From NCBI GenBank assembly GCA_951406725.2, contig OX597820.1, forward strand, positions 16,740,001-16,804,000: 64,000 nt of DNA, in the 5' to 3' direction. Below are positions 40,824 through 55,056 of the stretch, in pieces. The position numbers were made by a program, and so were the translations under genes. The number at the start of each line of letters is the position of its first letter. Within the stretch, counting starts at the first letter, position 1. The notes beneath the pieces were generated by a model, which searched no databases, was not told the origin of the DNA, and saw nothing but the letters and a program-made list of their open reading frames with translations. Origin of the DNA: Octopus vulgaris. Lineage: Eukaryota.

Positions 40824-41410
40824 ATGCCCTGATGCAGTACCAGGCAGTGGCTCTCTTGGCTTCTGATCTTAACTGATTGGAAGTGTTATCATGTACATTG
40901 TTTTGTCTTGGTATAAAAGATGGGCTACAGCAAATATTCTGCTCAATACCACAGATTTGCTTGTCAGTTGTTTGACCTTAACCAGTTGAGCTTGTCCCTT
41001 AGTGGCTGACGATAAGTGCATCTCTGACCACGAGCAGAAGTAGTGAGGGAGCATCATAGCCATATGTTGAGAGGGATTCTTTGGGGGTTTGAATAATTCA
41101 CCTCTCGAAACATGGGTGTTTCGTTCAACGTCCTTAAACAACCCTTATTCAGGGACCTTTTGTGCGGGATGGGTTACTCGACCAGAACAAAATTCTGACT
41201 GGTCCCCACCTGCAAGGTCGTGTGCTGTTTATCTTGATATGAGATCACCATGTCGCGCACATATGGTTGTGATGCATGTGCCTAGTGTACCCTTATCAGA
41301 CCGCGTAGTCATGATGGGTATACTGGGCTTCGTATTTATTATTTTACCCCAGTGTCAGAGACTTTGTGGATGGCATGCACCTGCACTCTCACTATAAAAT
41401 AAACTACTGA
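40824..41410 (+). mobile_element. Non-coding TAA-embedded element, copy 2
   Basis: ATGCCCTGATGCAGTACCAGG...CTCTCACT followed by ATAAAATAAACTACTGA(TAA)n. Confidence 0.85.
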
Positions 41411-41441
41411 TAATAATAATAATATATAATAATAAAACAAC

Positions 41442-41519
<78 letters not shown>

Positions 41520-41874
41520 GAAGTCGCGTCTTGTCCTTACCTTCGAATGCGGCGTAGAGGAAACAGGGACAACTGAAGAAGGGGAATATTCCTTATGTTG
41601 TATGTCTCGTTTCTCTGTTTTTTCGTTGTTCGAAAAAAAGTTCGTTTCTATGTTTTTGTTTTTATGTTTTCGTTTCTCATTGTGTTCAACGTTTTTTTTT
41701 GATGTCCTGTACCCATATATGCATGTATATATATACATATATATGTAGGTATATACATATATGAATATATGCATATATTTATATATTATTTATATTACAC
41801 ACACACACACACATACATATATATATATATGTGTGTGTATTCATATATATGTGTGTGTGTGTGTATTCATATAT

Positions 41875-42075
41875 ACGTGTGTGTGTGTATGCGTCTGTGT
41901 TTGTCTCCACCACTGCTTGACAAATGGTGTTGGTTTGCTTACGTCCCCGTAACGTAGTGGTTCGGCAAGAGACCGATAGAATAAGTACCAGGCTTTTAAA
42001 AAATTAGTAATGGAGTCGATTCATTGGGCTAAACATCCATCTGAGCGGTGCTCCAGCTTGGCTGAAACAATAAAA
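41875..42075 (+). mobile_element. SINE family A 3' half
   Basis: ACGTCCCCGTAAC..GAGACCGATAGAATAAGTACC. Confidence 0.8.
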
Positions 42076-42227
42076 ATAAATAAGACGACGTCTTACAGCC
42101 GATTAATTAATCCTTCGCCTGTCCTGTGCTTCATTTGTTAGACAGCACATATTTCCTTGGTGTCCATGCATTGTGTATGATACACGTTCCCAATTGTTTT
42201 TCAACCACAAGAATAACTTTGAACTTA

Positions 42228-42605
42228 TACTCTTTTACTCTCTCTCTCTTTTACTCTGCGGCCATGCTGGAGCACCGCCTTTAGTCGATCAAATCGACGC
42301 CAGGACTTATTCTTTGTAAGCCTAGTACTTATTCTATCGGCCTCTTTTTGCCGAACCGCTAAGTTGGGTTTTTAGGATCCTTTCTAATAAATATAATTTC
42401 TATATATTATTATTTAGATGTAAATACAATAAATATGAAGATAATGGAGATTAAATTTGTGAGTTTAGGTATATCTAGATTGTTAATAAGGAGATTTAAT
42501 TTTTGTTGTTGTGTGTTTTTTGGGGTATTATTATTATTGGTTTTGGTAAGAGTTGCACACCAGCATCGGTTGTCAAGCGATGTTGGGGAGACAAGCACAC
42601 ATACA

Positions 42606-42674
<69 letters not shown>

Positions 42675-42906
42675 GTATATATGAGATAATGGTGTCATTG
42701 AAACCCAAAGGTGTCAGGCAATGCTGAATAAGTGCTATAGTTAAGTTCCAGATTCGGTAATATTGCGAATAAAGGGTTCAACGTTGGTTCCATGTCAGCG
42801 TGTGTATATATGAATTTTTTGCGTAATGAGATAAAAAACCAACGCTGTAAATGCTCTAGTATCTATACAGCCTTGGTGTTTTTTAATCTCATTCCGCAAA
42901 AAATTC

Positions 42907-42965
<59 letters not shown>

Positions 42966-43122
42966 CGCATATATACGACGGGTTTCTTTCAGTTTCCGTC
43001 TACCAAATCCACTCACAATGCTTTGGTCGGTCCGAGGCTATAGTAGAAGACACTTGCCCAAGGTGCCACGCAGTGGGACTGAACCCGGAACCATGTGGTT
43101 GGTAAGCAAGCTACTTACCACT
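42228..43122 (-). mobile_element. SINE family A split by two insertions (about 42365-42555 and 42680-42960)
   Basis: Collinear tail, middle and head pieces. Confidence 0.8.
42805..42914. repeat. Imperfect palindrome of about 110 bp
   Basis: ATGAATTTTTTGCGTAATGAGAT..CTGTA / TACAG..ATCTCATTCCGCAAAAAATTCAT. Confidence 0.85.
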
Positions 43123-43470
43123 CAGAAATTTTATATGAACAGAAATTTTATATTTCTCAGAACACATGAAACAAACGTTAATTAAAACTCTGGAAACCCG
43201 CATGAACACATAGGAGAAACTTATGAAAATGCTTTAGGCAGGCAAAGGGTACAAACCTATCAAACAAACAAAGCGAAGTTCATATTCCTCTTGTGAAGAT
43301 ATTTAAGCCTAAAGAAAATTTCCTCCGTTGAACTAATTGTAAATGGTTACTTGCTCCTTTGTCTGAATTTCAATCATGCACAAAGTAATTATTATTATAT
43401 GAACACCGTTTCATTTTATATTTTTCACTTCCCCCACATTGGTTATCATTGTGTCTGTTTGGTCTTCCTA

Positions 43471-43530
43471 ATTCATTTAGCGTCCCGCTGAGAATATTAA
43501 ATTCATTTAGCGTCAAGCTGAGAATATTAA
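43471..43530. repeat. 2 x 30-bp tandem repeat
   Basis: ATTCATTTAGCGTC(CC/AA)GCTGAGAATATTAA twice. Confidence 0.95.
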
Positions 43531-43779
43531 AACTTATTGCTGGACAGCTCAAGTGTTTTTTTTCATTAAATATTAACCTAATGTTTCTAGAACATTCCTT
43601 TATTTCCTTCTTTCCTTCATGCGTGTTTTTTCTCTCTCTACCGAGTCCTTTACTGCTTAAATATCTGTAAGTCAGTATTCGGACTAATTCTTTCTGTTTC
43701 TTGATCTGACATGGCTGGACTGTTCTAAAGTAACTGTCGTATTTTCCAGGACACTTTAGCCTATTTTTTCTTGCTCCTG

Positions 43780-44036
<257 letters not shown>

Positions 44037-44161
44037 AATCTCTTGTCGTGAACGACAAATGAGGGTTCAGTAAATTAAAGAGTTAATTATGTTCTATGGA
44101 TACGATTGTGTGTCTCTTGAGGCCTGCTCACACTTGCAAACCTTATATATATATGTATATA

Positions 44162-44216
<55 letters not shown>

Positions 44217-44220
<4 letters not shown>

Positions 44221-44485
44221 ACCGAAAAATGGTGACACAGCAGTAAAAAAATCGTAAAAAATAGGGATTTTCATAGAAAAAAAGCACCTTTTTGATGTAA
44301 ATAATTTTTGGTGTTAACATGGTTGGATTTGAATTTTTTTCTTCTACGGAATGAAGAGCAAGCCTTCTTCTGTCATACTTTCAATTTTGGTCAACTTGCG
44401 CCGCAGGGTCTCGGAGGAGATAGTGTTAGTTGAAGGCTACTAAACCTGCCATACACAGACAACTTCAGCTTTTTATATATAGTGA
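44217..44485 (-). mobile_element. Helitron H1, 3'-truncated
   Basis: Collinear with 26507-26773. Confidence 0.85.
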
Positions 44486-45265
44486 TTAGTAAATACAACC
44501 CCGGGATATATAAACCTCTCTAGTCGTCTCAATGATGTTCCACTAACACGCAGAGCGCACCGGGATGATTTACCTGAGAACACCAAGCGTGTCAGTCTTC
44601 GTTACATGAATTCATATCATTAATTGCTTTTGCAAACATGGTGTGCCTGACAAATATTTCAAACTAAAGTTCGAAACTTTATTATTTCTTTATTCTTTCC
44701 AATTGTAAATATTTCATTGCACCTGCACTACGTTTCATGCTGTTATTATAACTTCCTACGATTGTTCAGTTGCTGTTGAAAGCTTATTGTTAACACTCAC
44801 GTCCGTTACAACCCTTTTACTATCCATACGCCTCCCCAAAACATTCCTTTGCTGTTGGCAGAGCATTGATATTTTTTTTTGTTCTTGATTTTCAAAAATT
44901 TTGTTATTACGCAATTCTTGATAAAATCGCTTTCCGTTAAGGTCGTATTGTTGTTTGTTTTTGTTCAAAGAAATATTGTCGTTTTGGTAACGACGGAATC
45001 TTTATGATTTGGCAAGGTTCCTTTAGGCACTCTTTTGTTTTCGGGTCTTTCTTCTTATATGTAATTCAGTAGAAGTTTTTCTTTTTTCTTCTTCTCTTTT
45101 TTTTTCTTTTCAATTTCTCTGTTCGCTCTTAGTTTCACTGAAAGATGTTTCCTTTTATATTCTAGAATTCTCTCCATGTTTAGATTGTACATTCTTTATA
45201 TATTCCTACGTGAGTAATTTTGACTGAGTATACGTTTCTCTTTCTAACTACTACATTACATAAAT

Positions 45266-45318
<53 letters not shown>

Positions 45319-45321
45319 TTA

Positions 45322-45418
<97 letters not shown>

Positions 45419-45420
45419 CA

Positions 45421-46521
45421 TTCAGTAGTTTTATTTTTATAGCGTGCTTTGTGTGCCTTGGGTATGTGCTGTGATTTGTTGTGATGCTCTGATGGTTATT
45501 GTATGGAAAGTGTTCTGCGTAGGATGTGTGCAGTGCCTAGTAGTGCAATTTTCTGTATGTTATATGTGTTTGTAAGTCCTGGGGTTTTTGTTATGTATTT
45601 GTCTGAATTCATTTGTATGTTTGTTTGTCGTGTTTTGGCTTGCTGTTTGTCGTGTATTATTATGCATCCTTACGGTCTGGGTTTGTTGTTTTTTGTTTAC
45701 ATCGTGTTTGTTGGGAATGTTACGTTTGTCTTCGTGTTTTACTGTTTCAGTGTTTATATTATTGGGCATTGTTGTGTGGCTTCTATCTACATTTTCCTGA
45801 TGTATTTTTTCTTTTAGATGTTCTATTTCTATTTCTGATATTTTTTTGCGTTGAGAATGTATCTTCGTACGTTAGCTAGTTTATTAGGGTTCATTGCTGT
45901 ATCCAAGTCTATATTTATGTTATTTTCCTTCCACATTTTATATGCATGTGTTGTTGTGTTTTCATTTTTTGGGTGGAGCACTGCTGTGAAGTAAGCGTGT
46001 AGGATAGAAATGTATTCATCACGTGTCCATTTATGTCTTTTGGGTTTTATTTACAGGACATGAGGTACAACGTCCGGCCCATTATTTTGACGGTCGTCAT
46101 TTTCGTGGGGTTCATTTCTGTTGTCGCATTGTTTTGCACGTGTAGTTTTTCGTACATTTTGTGTTGTAAGTTTAAAGTACGTAATTCCCGATTGTTATTC
46201 TTGGGTTGAATAATATCGGTGTTATTTGATTTCTTCGTAGTTTTTTGTACATGGTGTTTGGGGTCGGGGATGATCTGGTGTCGATGGATCGTAATGTATC
46301 ACGCATGTTTACATGTGTTGTGTTAGAGGTGGAGATGATATCGAGTTAAAATACATCGTTTCGTTTCGAAAATAGTAATAAATTTCAATGATTATTACTT
46401 ACTCGGATATAGTCCAATCCTTTGTTAGTAAATTTTTGGCTCCATACGATGTCTTTGTTTTCGATGTTTGTGGATAGATTTCGGAGCACTTTTATCGTCC
46501 TCACATCTTAAACGTCCCCGG

Positions 46522-46523
<2 letters not shown>
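45421..46523 (-). mobile_element. Internally deleted R4/Dong-like family 1 element, about 1.1 kb
   Basis: Putative 5' UTR, N-terminal RHKWTRDEYISILHAYF..MWKENN..NKLANVRRYIL, then C-terminal SDKYITKTPGLTNTYNIQKIALLGTAHILRRTLSIQ*, 3' UTR and (TAA)n. Confidence 0.78.
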
Positions 46524-46564
<41 letters not shown>

Positions 46565-46579
46565 CTTCTTCTTCTTCTT

Positions 46580-46674
<95 letters not shown>

Positions 46675-46676
<2 letters not shown>

Positions 46677-47124
46677 TATGTTTGACTTTTGCTTTATGTC
46701 TGTACAAGTTGGCTCCAAGTCTCACCCAGATACCTCAAGAGACAACAGGTTGGAAGTTCTGTGCCATAAATTTGGGTTTTTTTTTGTTTTTTTTTGGTGT
46801 TGTACTAGTGAACGTCTAATACATAAAAAATTAAAAAAAACAAATTAAATTTTAAAAAAAGTAAAAATAAAAATAAAAAAGTTTGTTTTAAACCTTGGGA
46901 TTACATAGAGAGTATTTTGCGTAGGATATGAGCAGTTCCCATGAGCACTATCTTTTGAATTTCTGCCATTTTGGGGTTTCCTGGTATCTGAGTTAGGTAG
47001 CAATCAGTCCCTTTCGCTATCATTCCCAGGGCACCTATGACAACAGGTATTGTTTTAGTCTTCAGCTTTCACATTTTGCTGATTTCTATTTCAAGATCTT
47101 TATATTTGCTCAGTTTTTGGTAGG

Positions 47125-47126
<2 letters not shown>
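46675..47126 (-). mobile_element. R4/Dong-like family 4, 3' end
   Basis: YQKLSKYKDLEIEISKM*KLKTKTIPVVIGALGMI..IQKIVLMGTAHILRKILSM*; TAA on both sides. Confidence 0.9.
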
Positions 47127-47200
<74 letters not shown>

Positions 47201-47227
47201 GTTTTGTTTTTTTAAAAATAATATCTG

Positions 47228-47475
47228 TTACTTATTCTATCGGTCTCTTTTACCGAACTATCAAGCTACGAGGACGTAAACAAACCAACACCGGTTGTCA
47301 AGCGGTGTTGGGGAACAAACACAAGCAGAAAGACATACACACGCACACACATACATATGGAAGCGACAGGCTTCTATACTGTGATCGCTTATTAAATTCA
47401 CTCACAAGGCACAAAGCGGATCGGGCCGATAGTAGAAGACCAAGGTGCCGCTTAGGACTTAATTCGAAACCACGT
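47228..47475 (-). mobile_element. SINE family A, degenerate
   Basis: TACTTATTCTATCGGTCTC..TAGTAGAAGAC. Confidence 0.7.
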
Positions 47476-47630
47476 GAGGATCGATGATAGGATCAGCACC
47501 TAGCCATAGAATACTTTGTTTCAATGAAGTCTTGTCGGATGCAAGCCTGCACTGGAAGATGGACGTTAAAAGATGATGCTGATTTAGCATACATACATAC
47601 ATACATACATACATACATACATACATACAT

Positions 47631-47663
<33 letters not shown>

Positions 47664-48151
47664 GATATATATATATACACATACGTACATACATATTTAT
47701 CTGTATGTGTATGTGTTTGTACATGACATAAATATATCTCACTTGCAAGTGCATGTGTGATATTCCGATGTTATAAATATTAATAGATATACACTCATAT
47801 TTTTCACAAACACCATATAGAATTTATGTAGAATTTATGTAGAATTTATATACGCATTGAGAGTTTCTATTCATATATGCAGTTATATGCATTTATTCCT
47901 AAGCGTTCGAAAGATAAGAAGTGACATTTTCATTCTGTAAACAAATAAAGTGACAATCTAGACGGAAAGAAAAACGAAGAACGGAAATTATATGATAGAC
48001 AGACAGACAAGTCGGTAGATAGATAAATACTCATATATATTAACTAGATCAATAGATAAATAGATAGATTTACAGTTTGATTGATAGGTAGATATACAGT
48101 TTGATATATAAATAGATAGATATATGAGGGGCTGCTGAAAAGTTCCTGGCT

Positions 48152-48573
48152 CTCTTTTACTCTTTTACTCTTTTACTTGTTTCAGTCATTTGACTGCGGC
48201 CATGCTGGAGCACCACCTTTAGTCGAGCAAATCGACCCCAGGACTTATTCTTTGTAAGCCCAGTACTTATTCTATCGGTCTCTTTTGCCGAACCGCTAAG
48301 TAACGGGGACATAAACACACCAGCATCGGTTGTCAAGCAATGCTAGGGGGACAAACACAGACATACAAACACACACGCACACACACACATATATATATAT
48401 ACATATATACGACGGGCTTCTTTCAGTTTCCGCCTACCAAATCAACTCACAAGGCTTTGGTCGGCCCGAGGCTATAGTAGAAGACACTTGCCCAAGGTGC
48501 CACGCAGTGGGACTGAACCCGGAACCATGTGGTTGGTAAGCAAGCTACTTACCACACAGCCACTCCTGCGCCT
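48152..48573 (-). mobile_element. SINE family A, full length, inserted at the inner edge of the mariner TIR
   Basis: Complete reverse copy. Confidence 0.93.
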
Positions 48574-48629
48574 GAGGGTAAAAGAAAATACAGGTGCATC
48601 AGTTAATTATGATTTTATTCAACGTTTTC

Positions 48630-49615
48630 ACCTCTCAGATTTACACACAATTATTGCAGCGGTCCTTCGGTTTTTCTAAGCCCTGGCAAAAGAACTCGGA
48701 AGGTCGGGCCTTCAACCAGGCCTTTGAAGCAACGATCACTTCCGAATCAGAGTGAAATTTCATTCCCTTGAAATGATTCTTCAGATGATGGTGGGAGGGG
48801 ACCTAGTTAGGGGAATAAGGTGGATGGTCAAGGAATTCGAAGCCAAAGTCGCCTATTTTCTGTAGAGCCCCATGTGTTGTATGTGCTGGTAAATTGTCTT
48901 TCAAAAACAAAACACCACGGCTCAGCTTTCCACGGCGTTTCTGCTTCAAATCTTCATGCAGTTCGTCCACCAGAGACATGTAGTATTTTGCGTTGATGGC
49001 ACGACCCTCTTGCATGTATTTTACGAGGAGTACTCCGTCTTTGTACCAGAATCTTTCCACCTGAATTCTGGGTCCGAAACTTCTTGAGACGCGGTGAACT
49101 GCTGTGGCACCACTCCATTGATTGCTGCTTAATCTGGGGATCATAATGATGAAACCAAGTTTCCTCCATGGTGACTAAACGGGTTATAAAATCAGCCTCT
49201 CCTGCTGCAAACCGGTTCAAAATCACCTTTGATGTCATCACTTGGTATGCTTCTGATCTGCGTTCAGAAATTTCGACACCCAATTCTGGATGATGTGGCC
49301 AACTCCTTCGCGGGAAATTCCCAGAATTTCAGCAATGACTTGAGACGAAATCCGGCGGTTCTCGAGAATCATGGCGTGCACAGCGTCGGCTTTGTCCTCT
49401 GTGATCGCGGAAGTCGGCCGTCATGTGACCACAAAATGGCCAGTCCGAAACTTTGACACCCAGATTTTCATTGTAGAGTATGATGGAAAGCCATCCTTCA
49501 ACACTTCCTTCATCTCGCCATGGATTACCTCTGCTCCTTTGCCTTACAAAATGAGGAACTTCATGACCGTCCGTACTTTAATTTTACCAAAATCCACTGT
49601 AGGAGCTGCCATCAT
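48630..49615 (-). pseudogene. Mariner DD34D transposase, disrupted
   Basis: RLVTMEETWFHHYDPQIKQQSMEW; KRRGKLSRGVLFLKDNLPAH; LDHPPYSPN*; stops and frameshifts. Confidence 0.9.
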
Positions 49616-49993
49616 GCGTTAAGTTTGCAAAAAGAGAAAGTTATATTGTATATCTGCAATTTTTTTTGCATGTCTTCTAAATAATTTTCCTGTCTCCCCT
49701 GTAAAGGTAACAGTTCTGCTCGTTCGCGAAACCCTTAAAGCCAGGAACTTTTCAGCGTCCCCTCGTACAGTTAGATAAATAGTTAACTAACTAAATAGAT
49801 AGAGAGATAGACAGAAAGGTAAATATTTAGATAGATAGATAAGCAGGTAGATTAGAAAAATAGACCGAGACCGATATTAGTATCTTATTTTCTAAACAAG
49901 AATATATTTGTTAAGATATTTCGTATTTTACAAGATTATTTACATATATTTATTAATTTATCTAATTAATTATTTTATTATTGTTGTTACCTT

Positions 49994-50097
49994 TAACCTG
50001 AAGAGTGGCTATATTTATATTGAAGTGATTTTACTACTACTACTATTATTTTTACTATTATCATTTCTTAAATATAGCCACGAAACACGTGTCGTTA
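49994..50097 (+). ncRNA. Type I hammerhead ribozyme (canonical core, long stem II)
   Basis: UAAC-CUGAAGA-GUGGCUAUAUUUA...UAAAUAUAGCCAC-GAAAC-ACGU-GUC-GUUA. Confidence 0.82.
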
Positions 50098-50267
50098 TTC
50101 TACCGAATATATATATTTTATTTATTATTTTGCACATTACTTAATCATTGTTATATATTTTATCTTATATTTAATCTTTTTATAATATGTAATTTTTCTA
50201 AATGGTATAATTTAATTTTTCATTATTGAATTGATAAAAGGTGGTCTTTTTCCTAATTTATATATAT

Positions 50268-50302
<35 letters not shown>

Positions 50303-50868
50303 AAGAGAGAGATGTATAGATAGATATAGGTAGATAGTTATACAGTTAGATAGACACCAAGCTAGATACATAGACAAACAGAAAGATTGAAAAACATAAT
50401 AATACAAAGAGATATAGAATGACGGAGACAGAGAGACAGAAGAGACCAAAGAGTGATTGAGTATGATGTTGACATAAAACTACAAACTGTGTCTAGACAA
50501 ACGATAGAAAGAAGCATATTTTTTTACAACCCAGAACTATTGTTATTCCCTCACTTTTTAATGTATAGACAGGGACCGAGTTTTGAAAGTTCGGTTTGGT
50601 TCAGTGTTTCTCTGATCACAACAGTATCAAAAACATTTTATTCACTATCAATGCGTGTGTATAATTGTGTCTCGCTACCTGTTTGATAGAGATGTCAGTA
50701 AACACCTATCTATCTATCTGTTTTCAGTTCCACACTCACACACACATACACACATATGAATATATCTAAGCTTACGTGTATGTATATATATATATACACA
50801 CATACTATACATACATACGTATATGAATTTTCTATTTACCTACATATACAGACAAATATACGTATATA

Positions 50869-50928
<60 letters not shown>

Positions 50929-51128
50929 TATATATATATACTTATACATACAAATAGATTCAGATGAATATGGTATTTAAGATGAGGCACCTATCCTTGT
51001 TGCTTATTTTGATATACATAGATATATATATTTATATAAATATTATATATGTATGTATATTTATGTATATATCTAATTATTTATAATATATAATATAATG
51101 TGTGTGTCTCCTCGTGTATATATACATT

Positions 51129-51161
<33 letters not shown>

Positions 51162-51593
51162 GTTAACTGTTGTGTGTATGTGCGTGAATGTATGTCTACG
51201 TATATCAATATCCACGAAGATTAATGAACAAACAAGAAATCATTATACACACACGATTATGTGTACCTCTCACCATATTAGAGTATGAACGCACTTCGAA
51301 TATCGTTGTCCTTATAAATATACACACACACAAATATATACACGCACATATAAGTATACATATATGTGCATAAATATGTACACACACACATAGATACATA
51401 TATGTACTTACACACATATACGCACCAACATATTTATATAGACATTTGTGTGTCTATTAATCTATCAGTCTTTCTCTTTGCCTGTGTGTATATATATATA
51501 TATATATATATTGAATAGTGTACATTTAAACAAAAAAGAAAACTATCCTTTAACAGGTAATTTTGTATCTTATCTCTCTCTCTCTCTGTATAT

Positions 51594-51681
<88 letters not shown>

Positions 51682-51696
51682 ATATAATATAATATA

Positions 51697-51747
<51 letters not shown>

Positions 51748-51847
51748 TAATACATTCATAAATACATGTTACCACATTTATTTTCAATACTGTGAAGGAT
51801 AGCAATTTAGGTAGAAACAAATGATATAAACAATATATCATAGACGT

Positions 51848-51883
<36 letters not shown>

Positions 51884-52407
51884 TAAAACATACAATAAAA
51901 CCTATAACACAGGATGCGCGACCGATATCGCCACCACCATAAGTGCGACTACGACGACGACGACCACTACCACCACCACCACCACCACCATCATCACCCC
52001 CGCCCCACCCCCACCACCACTACTACCAGCACCAGCACCAGCACGACCGAAACCGCCAACATCACCACCACCACCACCACCACCACCACATATGTATATA
52101 TGTATATACTACTTTTCCAACCTTTGAAAATTATCTGTGATCAAACACCGAAATTATTATTTGTTGACCAGAATTATTAAGTAAAAGTTTGCTATGTCAA
52201 TCTCTGTTCTTCCTTTCTCTTTCCATTTAATCACTTGCTTTTTAATGTGTAGAATTGACAGTAATTATATGAAATGGATACTGTTTTCACTCCCAGTTTA
52301 TACTTTTTCCTGGACGTACAAAAATAATTTCTGGAGCACTGAACAAAGGAAAAAAAAAACGTCCTTGTCTTCTATTGTTTTGTTTTTTTTTTGTGATTTT
52401 TTTTACC

Positions 52408-52805
<398 letters not shown>

Positions 52806-52936
52806 GCATCCTTTGATAACATACTTATTTTCGACACTTGAAAGACTTAGCGAGACGTTTTTATTTCTGTTATGTGATTTCCACATTGTTGATGAAAAGA
52901 TTAATACACATACACACACAGACTGACAGACAGACA

Positions 52937-53026
<90 letters not shown>

Positions 53027-53152
53027 CATATATATGTATACATATATGTATATACATATATTTATACATAATATGTATACATATGTTTATACATAATATG
53101 TATATATATATGTATATATATATGTTTATATATATATATGTTTATATATATA

Positions 53153-53195
<43 letters not shown>

Positions 53196-53747
53196 CATAT
53201 AATATATATTTATATATGTAGATAAAATAATCACAGAATGGGGAAAGAAAAAGTATCGATGATTCTGGTAAAACGTTAACATCATGTTTACACGTCGTTT
53301 GGAACATTGAAGCGTGTTCCTTGATTTTGGCGACACGAACAGAGATACAGAAGTCTGCAATTAGGTTCCAATGTCTGTGACAGATTATATATAAATATAT
53401 AACTAGTTCGGCTTTTATTTTTGCTTTTTATAATAATTTGTTTTTTTGCTGGTTCTGTTCTTGTTTTGTTTGCATATTACTTGGTATTGGAAGGAGATAG
53501 ACGTCATTGCATTTGACTGAAGGAAGCATTCCTTTAAATAGAAGAAGTATGCAAGAATCGGCGAGTTCAAGGGAACTGTGAAAATAAACGTTTGAACTTG
53601 TTTGGGTGGTATCTTTGTAATCATTATCATTTAAAGATATTTGTAGCACCCGACTGAATAATTCCATGTAACATAAGAACAGGTAAACGTACACAGAACC
53701 AGTAATATTGTCTTATATGTAGTGAATCATATATACATACATACATT

Positions 53748-53801
<54 letters not shown>

Positions 53802-53805
53802 AATA

Positions 53806-53838
<33 letters not shown>

Positions 53839-53937
53839 CATTTATATACATGTATATATGCATGTATTTATATATATACATATATACATAAATACATACA
53901 TACATACATATACATATATAAATATATATATATATAC

Positions 53938-54027
<90 letters not shown>

Positions 54028-54129
54028 ATGTGTTTGTATACAGAGAGAAAGAGAGAGAGAGAATGAGACAAAGAGAGAGGGAGAAAGATGTATATATATA
54101 TATATATGTATATATATATGTATATATAT

Positions 54130-54217
<88 letters not shown>

Positions 54218-54436
54218 TTATATATATATGTATGTATGTATGTATTTAGAGAGAGAGAGAAAGAGAATAAAGTATTAGTTGAAAGAATTTTCATGGCACA
54301 TGTTTGTTTTTCGCAGTTCTTGTTTTATGCATGTACAGATTTATTTTGGTAAATTATACGATAAGTAGATAAATGTGAACATTTACTTATAGTCAAACAA
54401 TAAAAAAAATCAAGAAAAGACGCAGAATACTTACTA

Positions 54437-54526
<90 letters not shown>

Positions 54527-54632
54527 GTATATATATGTATATATATATGTATATATATGTATATATATATATGTATATGTATGTATGTATATATATATGT
54601 ATGCATATATATAAAAGGATAAAGGGTAAAGA

Positions 54633-54951
54633 CAACCTTTTGTCATGGATGACCATGGGATTACACCTAGAAAGTTCTCTCCGAAGTGCAAGGCTGGGCA
54701 AGTTTGTTTATGGAAGATCAGCGGTCACCCATGCGTACCAGACTGCCCTCTCTACGCCACTGATGTTATCCAAGGGAAAGGCAAAGGCCGAAACAGCTTG
54801 ACACCAGTGACGTCGCAACTCATTTCTACAGCTGAGTGAACCAGACCAGCGTGAAATAGCGTGACTTGCTCAAGAACACAATACACACCCGGTCCAGGAA
54901 TCGAACTCACAACATCATGATTGTGAGCCAGATGCTCTAACCACTAAGCCA
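54633..54951 (-). mobile_element. SINE head D plus tail-2, full length
   Basis: Minus strand TGGCTTAGTGGTTAGAGC..GAGTTCGATTCCTGG..TGTGTTCTTGAGCAAG. Confidence 0.88.

Positions 54952-55056
<105 letters not shown>

Larger units (their letters stand above)
48125..49765 (-). mobile_element. Mariner transposon with nested SINE
   Basis: TIRs (T/C)GAGGGG(CT/AC)GCTGAAAAGTTCCTGGCT with TA flanks. Confidence 0.92.

Noticed and set aside
41555-41610. CTGAAGA followed by a hairpin as a hammerhead
   Set aside because: No GAAA after the stem and no stem I/III closure
44526-44580. C/D box snoRNA-like motif (ATGATG..CTGA with short terminal stem)
   Set aside because: Too short, imperfect C box, implausible C'/D spacing and no rRNA guide recognised
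53420-53690. Unique stretch ending in a donor-like CAG|GTAAAC
   Set aside because: No supported reading frame or acceptor; needs transcript evidence
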